64,000 nt of DNA from Rhina ancylostomus (GCA_030265395.1 JARFYF010000052.1:126316005-126380004), one strand, 5' to 3'; counted from the stretch's first letter, positions 13,086 to 27,245 are shown. Notes: generated by a model not told the origin, from the sequence alone. Translations and numbers: made by a program.

Positions 13086-14767
13086 GGTGCATCGCCCATG
13101 GTGTTGGAACGGTAATGAAATGGTGTATTATGGCTGAGGCATGGTGGAGGTGAGCAAAGGATGTCATGATACATTGAGAGTTAGATAAAGATAAAGGAAG
13201 CATATTACAGGTATAGAGAATGGAAATGGGTGCAGGCCTGTCAGGGTATGGAATGTGTGGNNNNNNNNNNNNNNNNNNNNNNNNNNNNNNNNNNNNNNNN
13301 NNNNNNNNNNNNNNNNNNNNNNNNNNNNNNNNNNNNNNNNNNNNNNNNNNNNNNNNNNNNAGTTCAAAAAGATATCAGACGGCAAAGAAAGGGCATGAGA
13401 TATCACTGGTGGACAAGAATAAATAAAATTCCAAAGTAGTTTACAAGTTTATTAAGGGCAAGAGACTAAACATGGTAAGAGTAGGCCCCATTAGGGATCA
13501 AAGAAGCAATCACTGTGGAGCCAGGGGATGCACATAAAATTTTAAATGAATACTTACCTGTATTCACTAAGGATAAGGACATTGTAGTTGGAGAATTCAG
13601 GGAAATGTACAGTGAAATTCCAGGACATGTAATCATTAAAAAGGAGGAATTGTTGTAACAGACTTAAAACTGGATAAATCCCCAGGGCCTGATAAAATGT
13701 CTTCCAGGCTGCTACTGGAGGCAAGGGACAGGGGGCGGGGCGGGGAGGTGATTGCTGGAGCTCTGACAGAGTTTTTAAATCTTTGCTGGTTACAGGCAAG
13801 TTGTCTGATGACTGGAGGGCAGCAAATGTGATTCCTTTATTTGAGAAGGGAAGCAGGGCAAGGCAAGTTATTACAGACCAGTGAGCCTACTGTTGGTGGG
13901 GAAGTTATTACAACATACTGAAGGACAGGATTGATCTACACTGGGAAAGGCAGTGAGTAATCAAAGGTAGTAAGCATGGCTTTATTATGGGGAGATCCTC
14001 TCTGACCAATTTTTTGAAGAGGTAAAATATTGATAAGGGCTATGTAACTAATGTAGTATACATATACTTTATTAAGGCCTTTGATAATGTCTCACATGGT
14101 AGACTGGTCCAAAGAGGTTAGAGCCCATGGGATCCTAGGCAAGTCGGCAAATTGTTTCCAAAATTGGCTTGGTGATAGGAGGCAGAGGGTAATAATGGAG
14201 GGTTGTTTTTTTGTGCCCGAAGCCTGTAATCAGTGGTGTGCCACAGTTATCAGGGCTGGGACCTCACTGTTTGCGATATATTAATGATTTGGATGTGAAT
14301 TAGGAGGTATGATCTGTATTTAAGAAGTATCTAGTTGAGCACTTGAATTGCCAAGGAGTACAAGTCAATGGACCATATATTGGCAAATGGGATTTGTGCA
14401 AATGGGTACCTTAGGCCTGGCATGGACATGGTGGGTTGAAAGGCCTTTTTTCTGTGCTGTAAGTTTGCAGATAACACGGAAATTGGCAATTTTGTTGATA
14501 GCAAGGAGGGTAGGCTTAGGTTACTGGACAATATTTATCATTTGGTAAATGGGCAGAGCAATGGCAGATGGAATTTAACTGTCATAAATGTGAGGTAATG
14601 CATTTTGTAAGGACTAATAAAGGAAGACATAGATAGGGCCTCAAGGAGTAATGAGGAGCAGAGGGACCTTGGTGGACGAGTTCAAAGATCCCTGAAGGTG
14701 AAGAAGGCATACAGGATACTTGCTGTCAATCGCCGGGGCACAGAATATAAGAACAGAGAGGTAATGG

Positions 14768-15288
14768 AGACAAGGGAGACAGCAGATGCTGGAAATCTGG
14801 AGCAACACACACAAAATGCTGGAGGAACTTAGCAGGTCAGGCAGCATCTTTGAAGAGAAATGAACAGTCGATGTTTCGGGCAGAGACCCTTCATCAGGGC
14901 TGGAAAGGAAGAGGGCAGAAGGCAGGTAAAAGGACTGGGGGAGGGGGAGGGGCACAAGCTGGCGGATCATAGGTGAGTCCAGGTGAGGGGTGCAGTAGGT
15001 ACAGTAGGTGGGTGGGGGANNNNNNNNNAAAAGGCAAAGGGTTGAACAAGATGGAATCTGATAGGAGAGGACAGTATACCATGGAATAAAGGGAAGGAGG
15101 TGGGGAACCAGCAGGAGGAAGGGGTGGGTGATGGGCAGGACATGAGGGTGGGGGAGGGGAAAGAGAAAGGGCCAGAAGGATAAGGGAAAACCAAAGGGAG
15201 GGGTAAAACCAGGAATAGTTACTGGAAGTAAGAGAAATCGATGTTGATGCCGTCAGGTTGGAGACCACCAGGACAAAATATGAGGTGT
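14768..15288 (-). mobile_element. Penelope-derived insertion with 8-bp TSD GGTAATGG
   Basis: GGTAATGG at 14760-14767 and 15289-15296; contains the gcagatgctggaaatct terminus and a hammerhead motif. Confidence 0.8.
14866..14901 (-). ncRNA. Minimal type I hammerhead ribozyme motif (Penelope-associated)
   Basis: AGCC CUGAUGA A GGGUCUCUGCCC GAAA CA UC GACU; core intact, helices imperfect. Confidence 0.6.
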
Positions 15289-18208
15289 GGTAATGGGGCA
15301 ACTTTTTGAAACATGAGCTCTGCCACAGCTGGAGGACCCTGTGCAGTTCTGGTTGCCACACTATAGGAAGGACACTGGAGAAGGTGTGATCACATCCTTC
15401 CAGAGGAGATTCACTAGGATGCTGCCTGGGATGGAATGTTTTTGTAATGAGGAGACACCAGATAGGGTGTATTTGTTTTCCTTGGAACCGAGGCAACTGA
15501 AGGAGAACCTGGTTGAAATTATGAGGGCCATAGGTAGCAGAGATAGCAGGAAAATGTTTCCCATAGCTCGGGTATGTAAAACTAGAGACCACAGATTTAA
15601 GGAAAGGAGCAGAAAATTTAGAGGTGATCTGAGGAAATTTTTTTTACCCAGAGGGTGACTAAAATCTCAAAAACACTGGTGGTGGAAACAGAAATTCTCA
15701 CAACATTGAAGTACCTAGATGAGCACTGCAATTGCCAAGAGATAGAAGGCGACCAGCCAAATGATGGTAAAGATAATTAGCTCAAATACCCATCGGTATA
15801 ATCCTATTTACCGCATTTTGCTGGTAAATTGGATTAGTAAAGTCAGTGTGGACATGAGGTTGTTTCTGTTTTGTATAACTTTACGACTCTAGAATCATTT
15901 ATAAGAATGTAATTCAATGTTGTTGCAGGGGCAAAATCCTGACTGGAAGAATTCAGAGTAGAAAGGTAGGCAAGATTTTGGGAAGCAACAACATGTTCAG
16001 TATTTTGGAGGGAAAAGGAATATTGCAGTTAGGGTCTTGCAAGAACATTGGAATCAAGTGTATGGTTTTTGAGACAGCGTTGAAGATATCACCTTTGATG
16101 GGGATGCCAGTTGAGGAAAAGGTTCCAATATCATTCAATTTGGACACAAAGGAAGGTTAAGTGGTCAGCAGTTTGCTGGGAATAAGATATAAGGAGCTGG
16201 AGATACCCCTCATAGACTGGATGAGCTTGAAGAGGATATCAGAAGAATTGAGAAACCGGTGAAAGATGTGAGTTCAGGATCAGAGCATGGGGGAATATCA
16301 GGGGAAATCTAGCTTGTTGGGCCAGGGCAAGCCAGGGAAGCAACCAAACCAGCTGAACGGAGGATCTCTGGTCAAGTTTCCCATGTTTACAAGACATGGG
16401 TTTAAGTAATGACTTTGAACTGAAACTCACACCCCCCCCCCCCCCAAGTATATGCTGTTCAAATTACTCTTATATGCTTTGAACTGAAGAAATTATTTGT
16501 CTAACAATTAACAAGCTGCTGACATTTTCACATTCTTAGTAATCATACACTTCAAACTGTGTGTCCTTATGGTTTTACTAGCAATTGTTAATTAGAGATA
16601 AAATTAGGGATTCTCCTGCACTTTGCTTTAAAATGATTTGGGGTATAATGCACCATGGTGGGAGGCAGGGGGTGAATTTCCCCAGAGTCTTCTTAAGTGG
16701 TAAGTATAAGTGGTGGAAGGTTGGAGGAAACACAGAATGTAGTCACAGCATGCCACTCCTTCACTAGTCAATCCAGAGAGGCTATAAAGAAATTCCTGAT
16801 CAATTCAGAACATTTGGAATTAATTTTGTTGAATAAAGTGGCCTATTCAGCCTTCTTTCTGTGTTATCTTCCTATTCCAATGGCCCCATCTAGTGTGAAC
16901 AAGCCAGAAGTGTATATATAATCCATTGGATCAGTTTAGTTATTTTCCCTCATGAACAGGAATTAAGATACAACCCAAAACTAAAAATCTGCTTGTCTCG
17001 TAAATGCAGCATAATGAGATACCGATGTGCAGGAAGTTTTAAAATGTGTACTCTGTTACGCCTTTGGCTGTTTATATGAGTGGTCAGCAAACTCTACAAA
17101 CAACATGAGGCTCACAATATACAACGGGCAAATGGCTGCAGGACCAATTAAACATGTGCAGGGTGAACACTGATTTACANNNNNNNNNNNNAATCCAGTG
17201 AAATGTTCATAAACTATATGAGAAAGTATTAAGAGCTCAAGGATATAATAATAAAGTACTGCAGATGCTGGAATTCTGAAATATAAGCAGAAAATAATAT
17301 AAAAGCTCAAGTGCCATCTGAGTATTGAGAAACAAATTGTTGATTAGGTCTAAGACCTTTCTTTCAAAGGTCAGATAAAAGGCACCGACCTAAAACAAAT
17401 GCATATGATCATACACACATTAAAGTCTCCTCCTGAATCCTGTTTTTGTTAAACTCTCCCCTTCTTAAAATTTGCCAGAAAAGAACACTTCACTATGCTT
17501 CTGGCAAACTTTCCTGAATTTCTCATTACTCCTGTCTGCTGAATCTTTGGGCATTTTGCTACCTTATAAGGCATTGTATTAGCATGAATTGGCATTGTTT
17601 TCTCTAATCAAGATAAAAACACACACAAACTTTAAAAAAAATCGTTTTCATCACAATAATTTTGCACCTTTAATGGAGCAAGATGCCTTGAGGGACTCCA
17701 GATGCGAGATATTGAACAAAATTTGACTGAGTCATTTGAGGAGAGGTTATGTCAGATTGTCAAAAGCTTGGTTAAAGAGGGAGGTTGTATGGAGTTGGAC
17801 AGAGAGGGAGGAGGCACAGAATTTGATGAAAAGTTTCCCAGAGCTTGGTGGTGCTGTGTAGCTTTGTCACATTTACTTGATTGTACAACTTAAGCCTGAA
17901 AATTGAATATCAGTTGTCTCACAAATGTCCCTCGTTGGCTAAAACAGCGCTTTCAGAAGAGATGGCACAAATTTATTCATTTGGCCCTTTTTACACGGAA
18001 ACTATATGCAAACATTTGGAAAACCAATTTACTTTACGTATTTCATGATGCAGAGCATGTTGGTAACATTTATTTGATTGTGCAACTACACCCGTAAATA
18101 TATCAATGAACTCCATATTTGACCTGAACAGGGGATTGGTATCTGAAGTCCCAGCCACCAATTTGTTTTGGAATGATCAAGAGGCACTCACGGTAGGCAC
18201 GTGGTGGG

Positions 18209-18498
18209 CAGGCACGGTAGTGTAATGGTTAGTGCAATGCCATAACAACGCCAGAGACCCGGGTTCAATCCAGCCACTGTCTGTAAGGAGTTTGTATGTT
18301 CTCCCTGTATTTGCATGGGTTTCCTCCAGGTACTCCAGTTTCCTCCCACATTCCAAAGACGCACAGGTTAGGAAGTTGTGGGCACGCTATGTTGGCGCCA
18401 GAAGTGTGGCGACATTTGCGGGCTGTCTCCAGAACACTCCGTGCAAAGATGCATTTCACTGTGTGTTTCGATGTACATGTGACTAATAAAGATATCTT
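18209..18498 (+). mobile_element. V-SINE, full length
   Basis: ggcacggtagtgtaatggttagt..gggttcaatcc..V-domain..gtacatgtgactaataaa. Confidence 0.88.
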
Positions 18499-18519
18499 AA
18501 AAGAGGGCAGAATTCCAAA

Positions 18520-18625
18520 AGATAAGATCTCTTTATTAGTCATATGTACATCCAAATCCACAGTGAAATGCATCTTTTGCGAAGAGTGTTCTGGGGGAAG
18601 CTTGCAAGTGTCACCACACTTCCAT
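18520..18625 (-). mobile_element. Inverted partial V-SINE (3' part)
   Basis: tttattagtcatatgtacatc..cacagtgaaatgcatc is the reverse complement of 18448-18490. Confidence 0.8.
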
Positions 18626-18639
18626 GGAGGGATTGGCAA

Positions 18640-20260
18640 ATAATATCTTTCAGCATGAGGTGTTTCTTAGCCATGAATTAATGTGAATCAGCAAACACAG
18701 GGATGGTGAGTGAATGAGACTTGGTATGAATTAGGAAATGGGTGGCAAAGTTTTGCAGGATTTCAAGTCTAGAGAGATGGTGGTGAGGTGGAGCATTTTT
18801 TGTGGATGCTGACCATGCACTTACAGATGATGTTGACCAAGAGGGAGCATGTAGGTGGGGACCAACAGTGAGGAAAAGATCCACAGACAATCCTCTGGCT
18901 ATCACCATTGATAGAACCAGAGAGTTAAGAATGGAACCAGGTGAGTGATATTCTACACAGCTGGACAATATGTGACAAGGTGCTGGAGAAGGATGCGTGC
19001 AGTCACTTCAAGGGCTTCAGACATCCAGAAGATCAAGCAGAGATAGATTACCAGTGTCAGATTTGCAAAAGATGTTATTAGTAATTTGATATTATATCAT
19101 ATAGCAATGATAGGATTGGGTCGAGACAACATGGATTTACCAAGGGCAGATCATGCTTGACTAATCTACTGGAGTTTTTTGAGGATGTAACCAGGAAAAT
19201 AGACGAGGGAGATTCAGTGGATATTGTGTACCTTGACTTTCAGAAGGCATTTGATAAGGTGCCGCACAGGAGATTGGTGGGTAAAATTAGGGCTCATGGA
19301 NNNNNNNNNNNNNNNNNNNNNNNNNNNNNNNNNNNNNNNNNNNNNNNNNNNNNNNNNNNNNNNNNNNNNNNNNNNNNNNNNNNNNNNNNNNNNNNNNNNN
19401 GACAAGGCAGGAACAGGATATTGATTGTTGAGGATCAGCCATGATCTCAAAATGGCGGTGCAGACTTGAAGGTCTACTTCTGCTCCTATTGTCTATTGAT
19501 AAGAGCCGATTTGGTACAAACACAAAAGGTAATGGAATGTTCAAAAATTTTAGAGAAAGAGGAAGGTTGAAGATGATCCATGGTTTGAAAAGTTGGGGGG
19601 GATAATGGGCTGTTTCACTTTGAGGAAAGGGGCTGATTTTGAGGAAAGGACAAGTACTGTTAACAATATTAACAAATCACGATGACCAGCAAGAGATGGA
19701 TGTTCTGCAGATTAAGTTAGAACAGAGAGGGCATGAGGTGAGATGAGAGATAAAATGAACGTGAGAGTTTAGTCTGGGAAAATAAGCCCAATGGGCTGGA
19801 AGGAGAGTGGGAAGCAAAAGAGGCAGCAAACCCAATGGCCATAATTTCAGTGATAACAAACCTTGTGATCTCCTCCAAGTTGTTACTGGAGGTGAATGAG
19901 GAGGCAAGAAGGGGAGTGGTTTATGCTGACAACTTGCTGGGTGGGGGGGTGACAGGCTGTGTGAAGTTTTGGGGTGGGAGTTAGTAGTATCTTCGCAGAT
20001 CCTGGAATAGTGGGCAGATTTTTGTTCCCCAGATGGGAGCAGGACATGGTGGTGTATGACATGCTTCAGGTGGTAGAGGTTAGGGGAGAATAGGAGGCCA
20101 GTGAACTCAGGAGAGAACATGATGAATTGAAGTTCTGATGTCTGCAAAGGAAGAAGTTATTTGGTGCAGAGGCTGAGGGAGAAAAGCTGTGACAATATCT
20201 TGGTGTAGCACATGAGGAATTAAAATGAAGGGCAGGGGAGGAGGTGGGGGGGGCACGGAA
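18640..20260 (-). mobile_element. Highly decayed L2-like LINE interrupted by CR1
   Basis: Purine-rich plus strand with gatccagaagatcaagcag.gatag and catgaggtgag..atgg motifs, which resemble reverse L2 ORF2. Confidence 0.5.
19110..19495 (+). mobile_element. Young CR1 RT fragment and 3' tail spanning a gap
   Basis: QHGFTKGRSCLTNLLEFFEDVTRKIDEGDSVDIVYLDFQKAFDKVPHRRL. Confidence 0.93.
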
Positions 20261-20284
20261 AAGATATTTTATGGAGGAAGAAAG

Positions 20285-20440
20285 TACCAAAGTCGAAATG
20301 GACTTTATCGTCACAGGCACAAGTACAATGCACAGGTGCAACAAAAAACTTACTTGCAGCAGCATCACAGGCATGGAGTATCATATAAGCAGCATTCACA
20401 AGAAAAACATAAATTAAACACAAAAACATAAACTAAAAGT
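20285..20440 (-). mobile_element. Rex1/Babar-like 3' tail
   Basis: aaaaacttacttgcagcagcatcacaggca is close to the reverse complement of 55131-55160. Similar tails lie at 36075-36200 and 62020-62200. Confidence 0.7.
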
Positions 20441-21567
20441 CCATTTTAGTACATTAGCAAAACAGAATGGGACAAACCAATGTGTGATTTACTAATGAAA
20501 GCCAGAATGTACGGGACAGATAGAAAGAATAGCCACCAGAAATTTAACGTGTAGGTGCCACCACCTCATGACTAAGTTTTTAATCTTGGGCTTGATATCA
20601 ATGCAATTATCCAGACTGGATAGCAAGGGCCTTTGTGAGCAGACAAGCTGGAAGGAGGTGCAGAGAATCCAGTGTTAACTGATCTACAGGATCAGCACTA
20701 GGTGGAGNNNNNNNNNNNNNNNNNNNNNNNNNNNNNNNNNNNNNNNNNNNNNNNNNNNNNNNNNNNNNNNNTCTGCAGTGGTTTGAGACAGACAGATTGC
20801 AACTAATACTTTTCAAAACAACATTACAAGAAAAAAATACACAGATATGATTCTGAAATTAATCACCATGTGAATCACCTACAGTATGCATTGTTTGAGA
20901 TGTTCTTCAAACATTGCTTACCAATTTACTATTTCTATTGTGTTACTTTGAATCTATCCCCCTCTGCTGGACTTACATGTAAATTGCTAGGAATATATTG
21001 GCAATTACACTGATAAGACTTCTTTCTAGCATTTAGCTGTAACAATGGAGAATCTGGTGCAGAAGTAAACTCAAGCACAGTGGGATTAATCCTGTGAACT
21101 GCATGCATCTTGCAACGCTCATTTTGTAAGCTCTCACAAATAAAATTACGCTTTGCACCGATTATTGAGGAATCAGCTACATAATTGTTCTTTGTGATGG
21201 GGAGTGAAAATACCATTAAGCATTAAGAAGTTAGGAATAAAGAGGGAGGTCAGAGGGCACTTTCTCACTCACAGGGTAATAAAATTACTGAGGAGGTTAG
21301 CAGGGTAGGACACCAACACAGTCAGCATTAATGGGATTTCCTAGCAACCAGTTTAGCTTTGCTTCCTTCACTTTCAGCAGTGTCAGAAAAAAGGAACGTG
21401 CAATATGCTTATAATGTTGAGCTAAAGGACAATCACCCTGTACAAAACTGGGCTGAGACTTCCAGGCTTTTTACAAATATTAAAAGACAATACATGAAAT
21501 TGAGAATAAGTTGCAATGAATTGCCACAGAGTTATCTCAGGCTTTTTCTTAGATTTTACATTGAAAT

Positions 21568-21972
21568 TGGTTCCAGTGAAAGGGTCCACAAGGGTGATTG
21601 ACTTCAGTGATGGGTTGCATATGGGATTAACTGGTTTGGTCCAAGTGACTGGCTTCACAGGGGAACAGCTGAGATTGATTAGAGGGCCAGGGTCTACATG
21701 TGCAAAGCTCTCATCGGCTCCTGTGACAGGGTCCACATTTGTGGAACTGGAATTGGCTGCAGTGACTGGCCCATAGGGGAAGAGCTGAAATTAGTTTCAG
21801 TGCCAGGATCCACACGTGCAGAATTGCTATCGGCTTTAGTGACAGGACTCATAGGGGATTGGTGGGGATTGCCTCCAGTAACAGGGCCCACATATCAGAG
21901 CTGGGACTGGCTCCACTGACAGGACTCACATAGGACTAGTTGGGATGGACTCCAGTGATGGCACTCACAGGA
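21568..21972. repeat. Degenerate ~39-bp minisatellite
   Basis: Unit close to ctccagtgacagggtccacatgtgcagagctgggattgg; produces repetitive PVTG ORFs on both strands. Confidence 0.8.
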
Positions 21973-23451
21973 CACGAAATAAGGGCCAGGAAAAAAAAGT
22001 GTTCACACAACTTCACAATCTGTGCCTGATGCATTGCGATAAATCAATATAACTGCAAGTTACATTGTGATGTGGAGCCTGCTCCTTGAGTTTAACTTTT
22101 TATTATTGTCCACTCACTAAAGGAACAATGGTAGGACACCATCAGATGTTATGAGTATCATCAGTAAACTAGTGTCTGGATTGTGGTCTCTTGCAGTCCA
22201 TCCCTAAACCATCTAAGAAGGGTACATCCAGCACCAAGCATATGAAGCTAACTGTTAAAGACAGGCATTTGATTAGTCATATTGATAACCCTCTGGATTG
22301 GTTGAAGGCTCCTACAGACTCCCAAATGAATGGGATGGATTGCCATTATGAAGTTAACTCCAACAGAGCCAGTGTTGGAAGGTGCCAATCTAGATCCAGA
22401 CTCTGCAGTTGTAACCTGTGAGTTTCTGGAAGCCAAGCTCTAGTGAAGCACAAATTCTGAAACACAGTTTAAGCTAACAATCAGGAAACTGTAATTTTTG
22501 ATATGTCAATGGGCAAGATTCTCTGATGGGATTGCAAAGTTAGAAACCTAGTCCTTCTGTTCCTGCTCAAAGTATTAAGCCTGATTTCAAAATACTAGGA
22601 GTTCATTTCACCATCTACCACAGTATTGAATACGAGTCAGTTTTTCCTCACAGCCTAACAAGAGAGAATAAGCCTTTGAAATCAAAGGAGATAAAGGACA
22701 CAAAGGAGAAGAGAGCACTGGAGTAGTCCTAAATTATTCTAGCAGAGAACTAGAAAAGACTTGATGGACCAAATGATTTTGCATTGCAAAGCCTACAAGA
22801 GCAGTAACATTTCAAATTCCAAATAAGGAGCAGTTGAAAATTAATTGAACTAGACAAGATGCAAGGCAACCAGAGAAATGGAGGAAACAATGTTATGGAA
22901 GGTTTTAGACTTCCAACTGAAGAAAGCTGTTACAATGCCCACATTAAGCCATTATTATGGTTGGATCCCCTGCAAATGAAACAATGGTGGAACAATATCA
23001 GCTGTTTTGAGCTGATATTAGACTGGTCTGTGGGCTTTTACAATGACCCGCAAATCCACCCAAGGCCAGATTCTTCACTGAGGACACAAACTGAATGAAC
23101 CCAACTGCTCAAGATCCAATCTAGCTCGGGGCAGAGGCATTCAGGAGGAAAACCCATGCACTATCAGCTCCATAAGGATTCTTTGAAAGGAAGCTCAAGT
23201 CCTTTTTTTAAGAGTAAAGATGGGATTCTTTATTTATCAGTTTTATGCATGGTAACAGCCAGAAGTTGTCAAGATGGTGGGATAATTTTTTTTTCTCCAG
23301 AGCTGCTTCTTATCTCCTGTCATTTGAATATGATCAAAAAGTGCTGAGAGAAGATGTAAAGGTTGTTATTGCAATGTTTTCAGTGCTATTGATGATCTTC
23401 CACCAAGGTTGGAGGCAAGCCCTGTCAAAGCTTCACTCAACACTATTTTAA

Positions 23452-23780
23452 TTAGAGTCACAGAGCACAGAAGCAGGCCCTTCACCCTGCTGTTCACACT
23501 GACCATCAAGTACCCGTTCACACTAATCCTACATTAATTCTGTTTTATTTTCCCCACATTTGCATAAACTCCCCCCAGATTCTACCACTCAGGTTATTTT
23601 ACAGCAGCCAATTGACCCACCAACCCACACAGCTTTGAGATGTGGGAAGAAACTGGAGCACCCGCAGTCACAGGGATAATGTGCAAACTCCACAGAGACA
23701 GCACCAGAGCTCAGGATCAAATGTGGGTCGCAGGGAGCTGTGAGGCAGCAGCTCTATTAGCTGCACCACGGTGTGACCCA
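23452..23780 (-). mobile_element. Old V-SINE with CR1-like tail
   Basis: gatgtgggaagaaactggagcaccc..gtgcaaactccacagagacagcacc is the reverse V-domain. Confidence 0.75.
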
Positions 23781-26477
23781 TGCTCCAGCAATCCAAAGAA
23801 CAAGGGAGTACTGTTTCTGTAACTCCTGAATTCTGCATACATATTACTTGCAGGTGACTTGTGTTCCTTCACCATCTTATCACTGATATTTTACATCAGT
23901 CTGCTGTGAAACAATTTTGTCCATTTATTTTTCCTCTATTCTAGGTTCACTAAGATGCCGGGACTTGAGGACCTGAGTTATAGGGAAAGGTTGAATAGGT
24001 TAGGACTTTANNNNNNNNNNNNNNNNNNNNNNNNNNNNNNNNNNNNNNNNNNNNNNNNNNNNNNNNNNNNNNNNNNNNNNNNNNNNNNNNNNNNNNNNNN
24101 NNNNNNNNNNGGGGGGGGGAGAAACAGAGGACAAAAAGAAAACCATTAATAGGGAAATGATGATGTATTGTGATGAATTTAAGCAATGCTTATATTGTGA
24201 ATTTTGTATCATAGCACAAATCAATTCAAGGTTTCAAATTAGAAGAGTTGAAAATCAAAAAGCTGCCAATGTTGCAAATCTGAAAGAAACATGCTGGAAA
24301 AACTCAGCAGGCCATGCAGCATCCGTGGAAAGAAAAGCTCTAAATTAACTCCAATGAAACAATACTAATTCGGGAGGAGTAAATAAACCTCGGTATAAAA
24401 ATTCTGGAAAACAATATTTAATGATGTTTAGACATTTTCATTACAATACACTTCATTAAATATTATCAAATAGAAATTCCAATGACCATCATAGACAAAG
24501 TTAAAGCATTTGCTAAACTGATCTCTCTGTTCCAGAACCTTTATTTAACTTGCATTAGCACACTGCCACTATTCTAACCCAATTAAAACAGGAATCCTAC
24601 TTAGAATTGGATATCAATACAGAAATTACCTTTCTACATAGCCAAGTTTGTGTCCAGATAAAATTTGAGATTCAACCTTGATTAAAAATTTATCCTTATT
24701 ATGGCTTTTAAAATTCCTCCTCCTGGTTCACTTCCTATCCAAACTATTCTTAAGACTTTTTACTAAAGTCTTCAACTGCAATGTGATATTTTAACTGTAT
24801 GTGTTTGCTGATTTCTACCCATAAAATGATATCAAGCATCTTGAGTTTAAGGTCAGCATTCAACATGAAAACAGTTTAAGTAGAAACATAGCATGGCATT
24901 GTCAATGCTGTAACAATAATTAGTTTGCCTCTAAAGACAAAATTACCAGCAAAAGAAAATAATTAACCATTGTGTTACCTTTAGACAGGTTATGCACAAC
25001 TTACTAGCATCTCAGCAAATTTAACAGATTTAGTATGAAGCTATCTCAATTATGCAAGCTACATAACAGCCGTTAACCAACATTACTTTTGGTCTGAGTT
25101 AAAAAATGCGGAAACTGGAAATGCGAAACAAAAATAAAGTGCTAGATGTGCTCAGGTTAGGTGGCATCATATATTATTTTAAAAATTGTGTTGCCACATT
25201 TTTTTGTTCAAAGAAAGATTATTTAATTGCACATGATTGCTCAATGTCAGTTAGGGCTCTGCACTATTGAGCACAAGGTGCACTTCTGATAAAGCAGACA
25301 TTCAGCCAAGTTTGAGTTCAGGAGTGCAGCAAATTGCATGAACATTCATTAATCCAAAGCAGGTCATATCTCAAACTCAGGACCATAATGAACTTTTGGA
25401 GTATGTTCTGTCAGAAAGCCCTGTGTGTAGCCACTATAACAATGAGCGTTTCTGGGGAAATTACTGTCACATGACAAGCCCTGTTGTCACATTACTGCCC
25501 TAGAAGTAATATAGCAAAATAATTATTAAATACTTGCACCTTTAAAGGAGAGTGCGAGAAAGAATACATATTACAATAACACACCTGGGCAGTGTGAAAG
25601 CCTTAAGACAGATTGTGGGCGAGTCTTCTGGGATATCCTGAGTCCGCGAAAGATACTATTCAAATGCAAGTGCCTCAGGAGAAATACTAGTTCCAATTTC
25701 AATAAGATAAGAATGACGCAGTTGCTTTTTCACAGTTAATATTTCAGTTAACACATACATTTTCCAAATATATTGCAACTTGGCTTCAATTTCTTTCACT
25801 GCCNNNNNNNNNNAAAGCATACTAAAAGGGTCAAGCCTGGCTCACACCCAAATTCCAGTTTTCTTTAGACACAGAGGACAAGCAGAATTTTGTTAACTAT
25901 ACCAAACTGGAGGAAATACAATTTAATGTCCCAAGCCAATCAAATTTGAACTGCTAAAAACATATTCCCCAAACTGAAATACTAGTTGCAGGATTCAGTC
26001 TGCAGTTTCTCCAAGTTTTCTCACATTAAGCCTTTATTTTGGAAATGTAGAATTTATAGCACACACAGGTCATTCAGCCCAAAAAGACTAGACCATTATT
26101 TCTACTCCACATAAACTGCCCCTAACAACCCCATCAGAATTCTTTTCTCCTTTATATACCAACCTAGCTTCCCCCAAAAGTGATAATTTCTATTTAGTGA
26201 GCAAACCTGCATGTCTCATAATTTTGACTTATATTTCCAAAGTAACAATCATTTCAGCATTTTATATCAGAAATAAGTCCCTTATCATTAAATCAAATAA
26301 CTTGCCTACATTGAAGAGCTGGGAAGTGGAAGCAGACCCTTAATGCTACAAAACTGAAGAAAAAGAAACAATTCAATAGTTCTCCATATCATTCTGAGAC
26401 AATTCTGATGGGATAAAAGTCCTACAAAAATGTATTTACTGTCTCTCAAACAAAGGGACTTTATTTTCCACTTCACA

Positions 26478-27245
26478 AGGAGTGGAGGACAAACCAGGGT
26501 AAGACTTTCACAGTGAATGGTAGGGCACTGAGGTGTACAGTAGAACAGAGGGACCTGGAAATACAGATCCATAATTCCTTGAAAGTGGCATTGCAGGTAG
26601 ATAGAGTCATAAAGAGAATTTTTGGCACATTGGCCTCATAAATCAGGGCATTGGGTACAGGAGTTAGGATGTGATGTCGACGTTGTACAAGACATTGGTG
26701 GGGCTGAATTTAGAGCATTGTGTGCAGCTCTGGTCACCTACCTACAGGAAAGATATCAATAAGCTTGAAAGAGTGCAGAGAAAATGTTTCCGGAACTTGA
26801 GGACCTGAGTTATAGGGAAAGGTTGAATAGGTTAGGACTTTATTCCCTGGAATGCAGGAGAATGAGGGGAGATCTTATAGAGGTATACAGAATTATGAGG
26901 GGTACAGATAGGGTGAATGCATGCAGGCTTTTTCCCCTTATGCTGGGGAAGACTAAAACTAGAGGACATAGATTGAAGGTGAAAGTTGAAATATTTAAGG
27001 GGAATCTGAGGGGAAACTTCTTCACTCAGAGGGCAGTGCAAGTGTGGAACGAGCTGCCAACGAAAGTGGCAAATGCAGGTTCAATTGTAACATTTAAGAG
27101 AGGTTTGGATAGGGACATGGATGGAAGGGGTCTGGAGGGATATGGTCCGGGTGCAGGATGATGGGAGTAGGCAGAAAACCAGGTCAGTATGGACTAGATG
27201 GGCTGAAGGGCCTGTTTCTGTGCCGTAGTACTCAATAACTCTATA
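26478..27245 (+). mobile_element. Young CR1 3' fragment
   Basis: LSYRERLNRLGLYSLECRRMRGDLIEVY..KTRGHRL..FFTQRAVQVWNELP; a near-identical start lies at 23943-24010. Confidence 0.93.

Larger units (their letters stand above)
13361..15890 (+). mobile_element. Decayed CR1 ORF2/3' end interrupted by younger insertions
   Basis: WRAANVIPLFEKG, NWLGDRRQRV, QFWLPHYRKD, QRRFTRMLPG and KTRDHRFK motifs. Confidence 0.9.

Noticed and set aside
14894-15592. 232-aa proline-rich ORF
   Set aside because: Antisense CR1 fused to Penelope low-complexity sequence.
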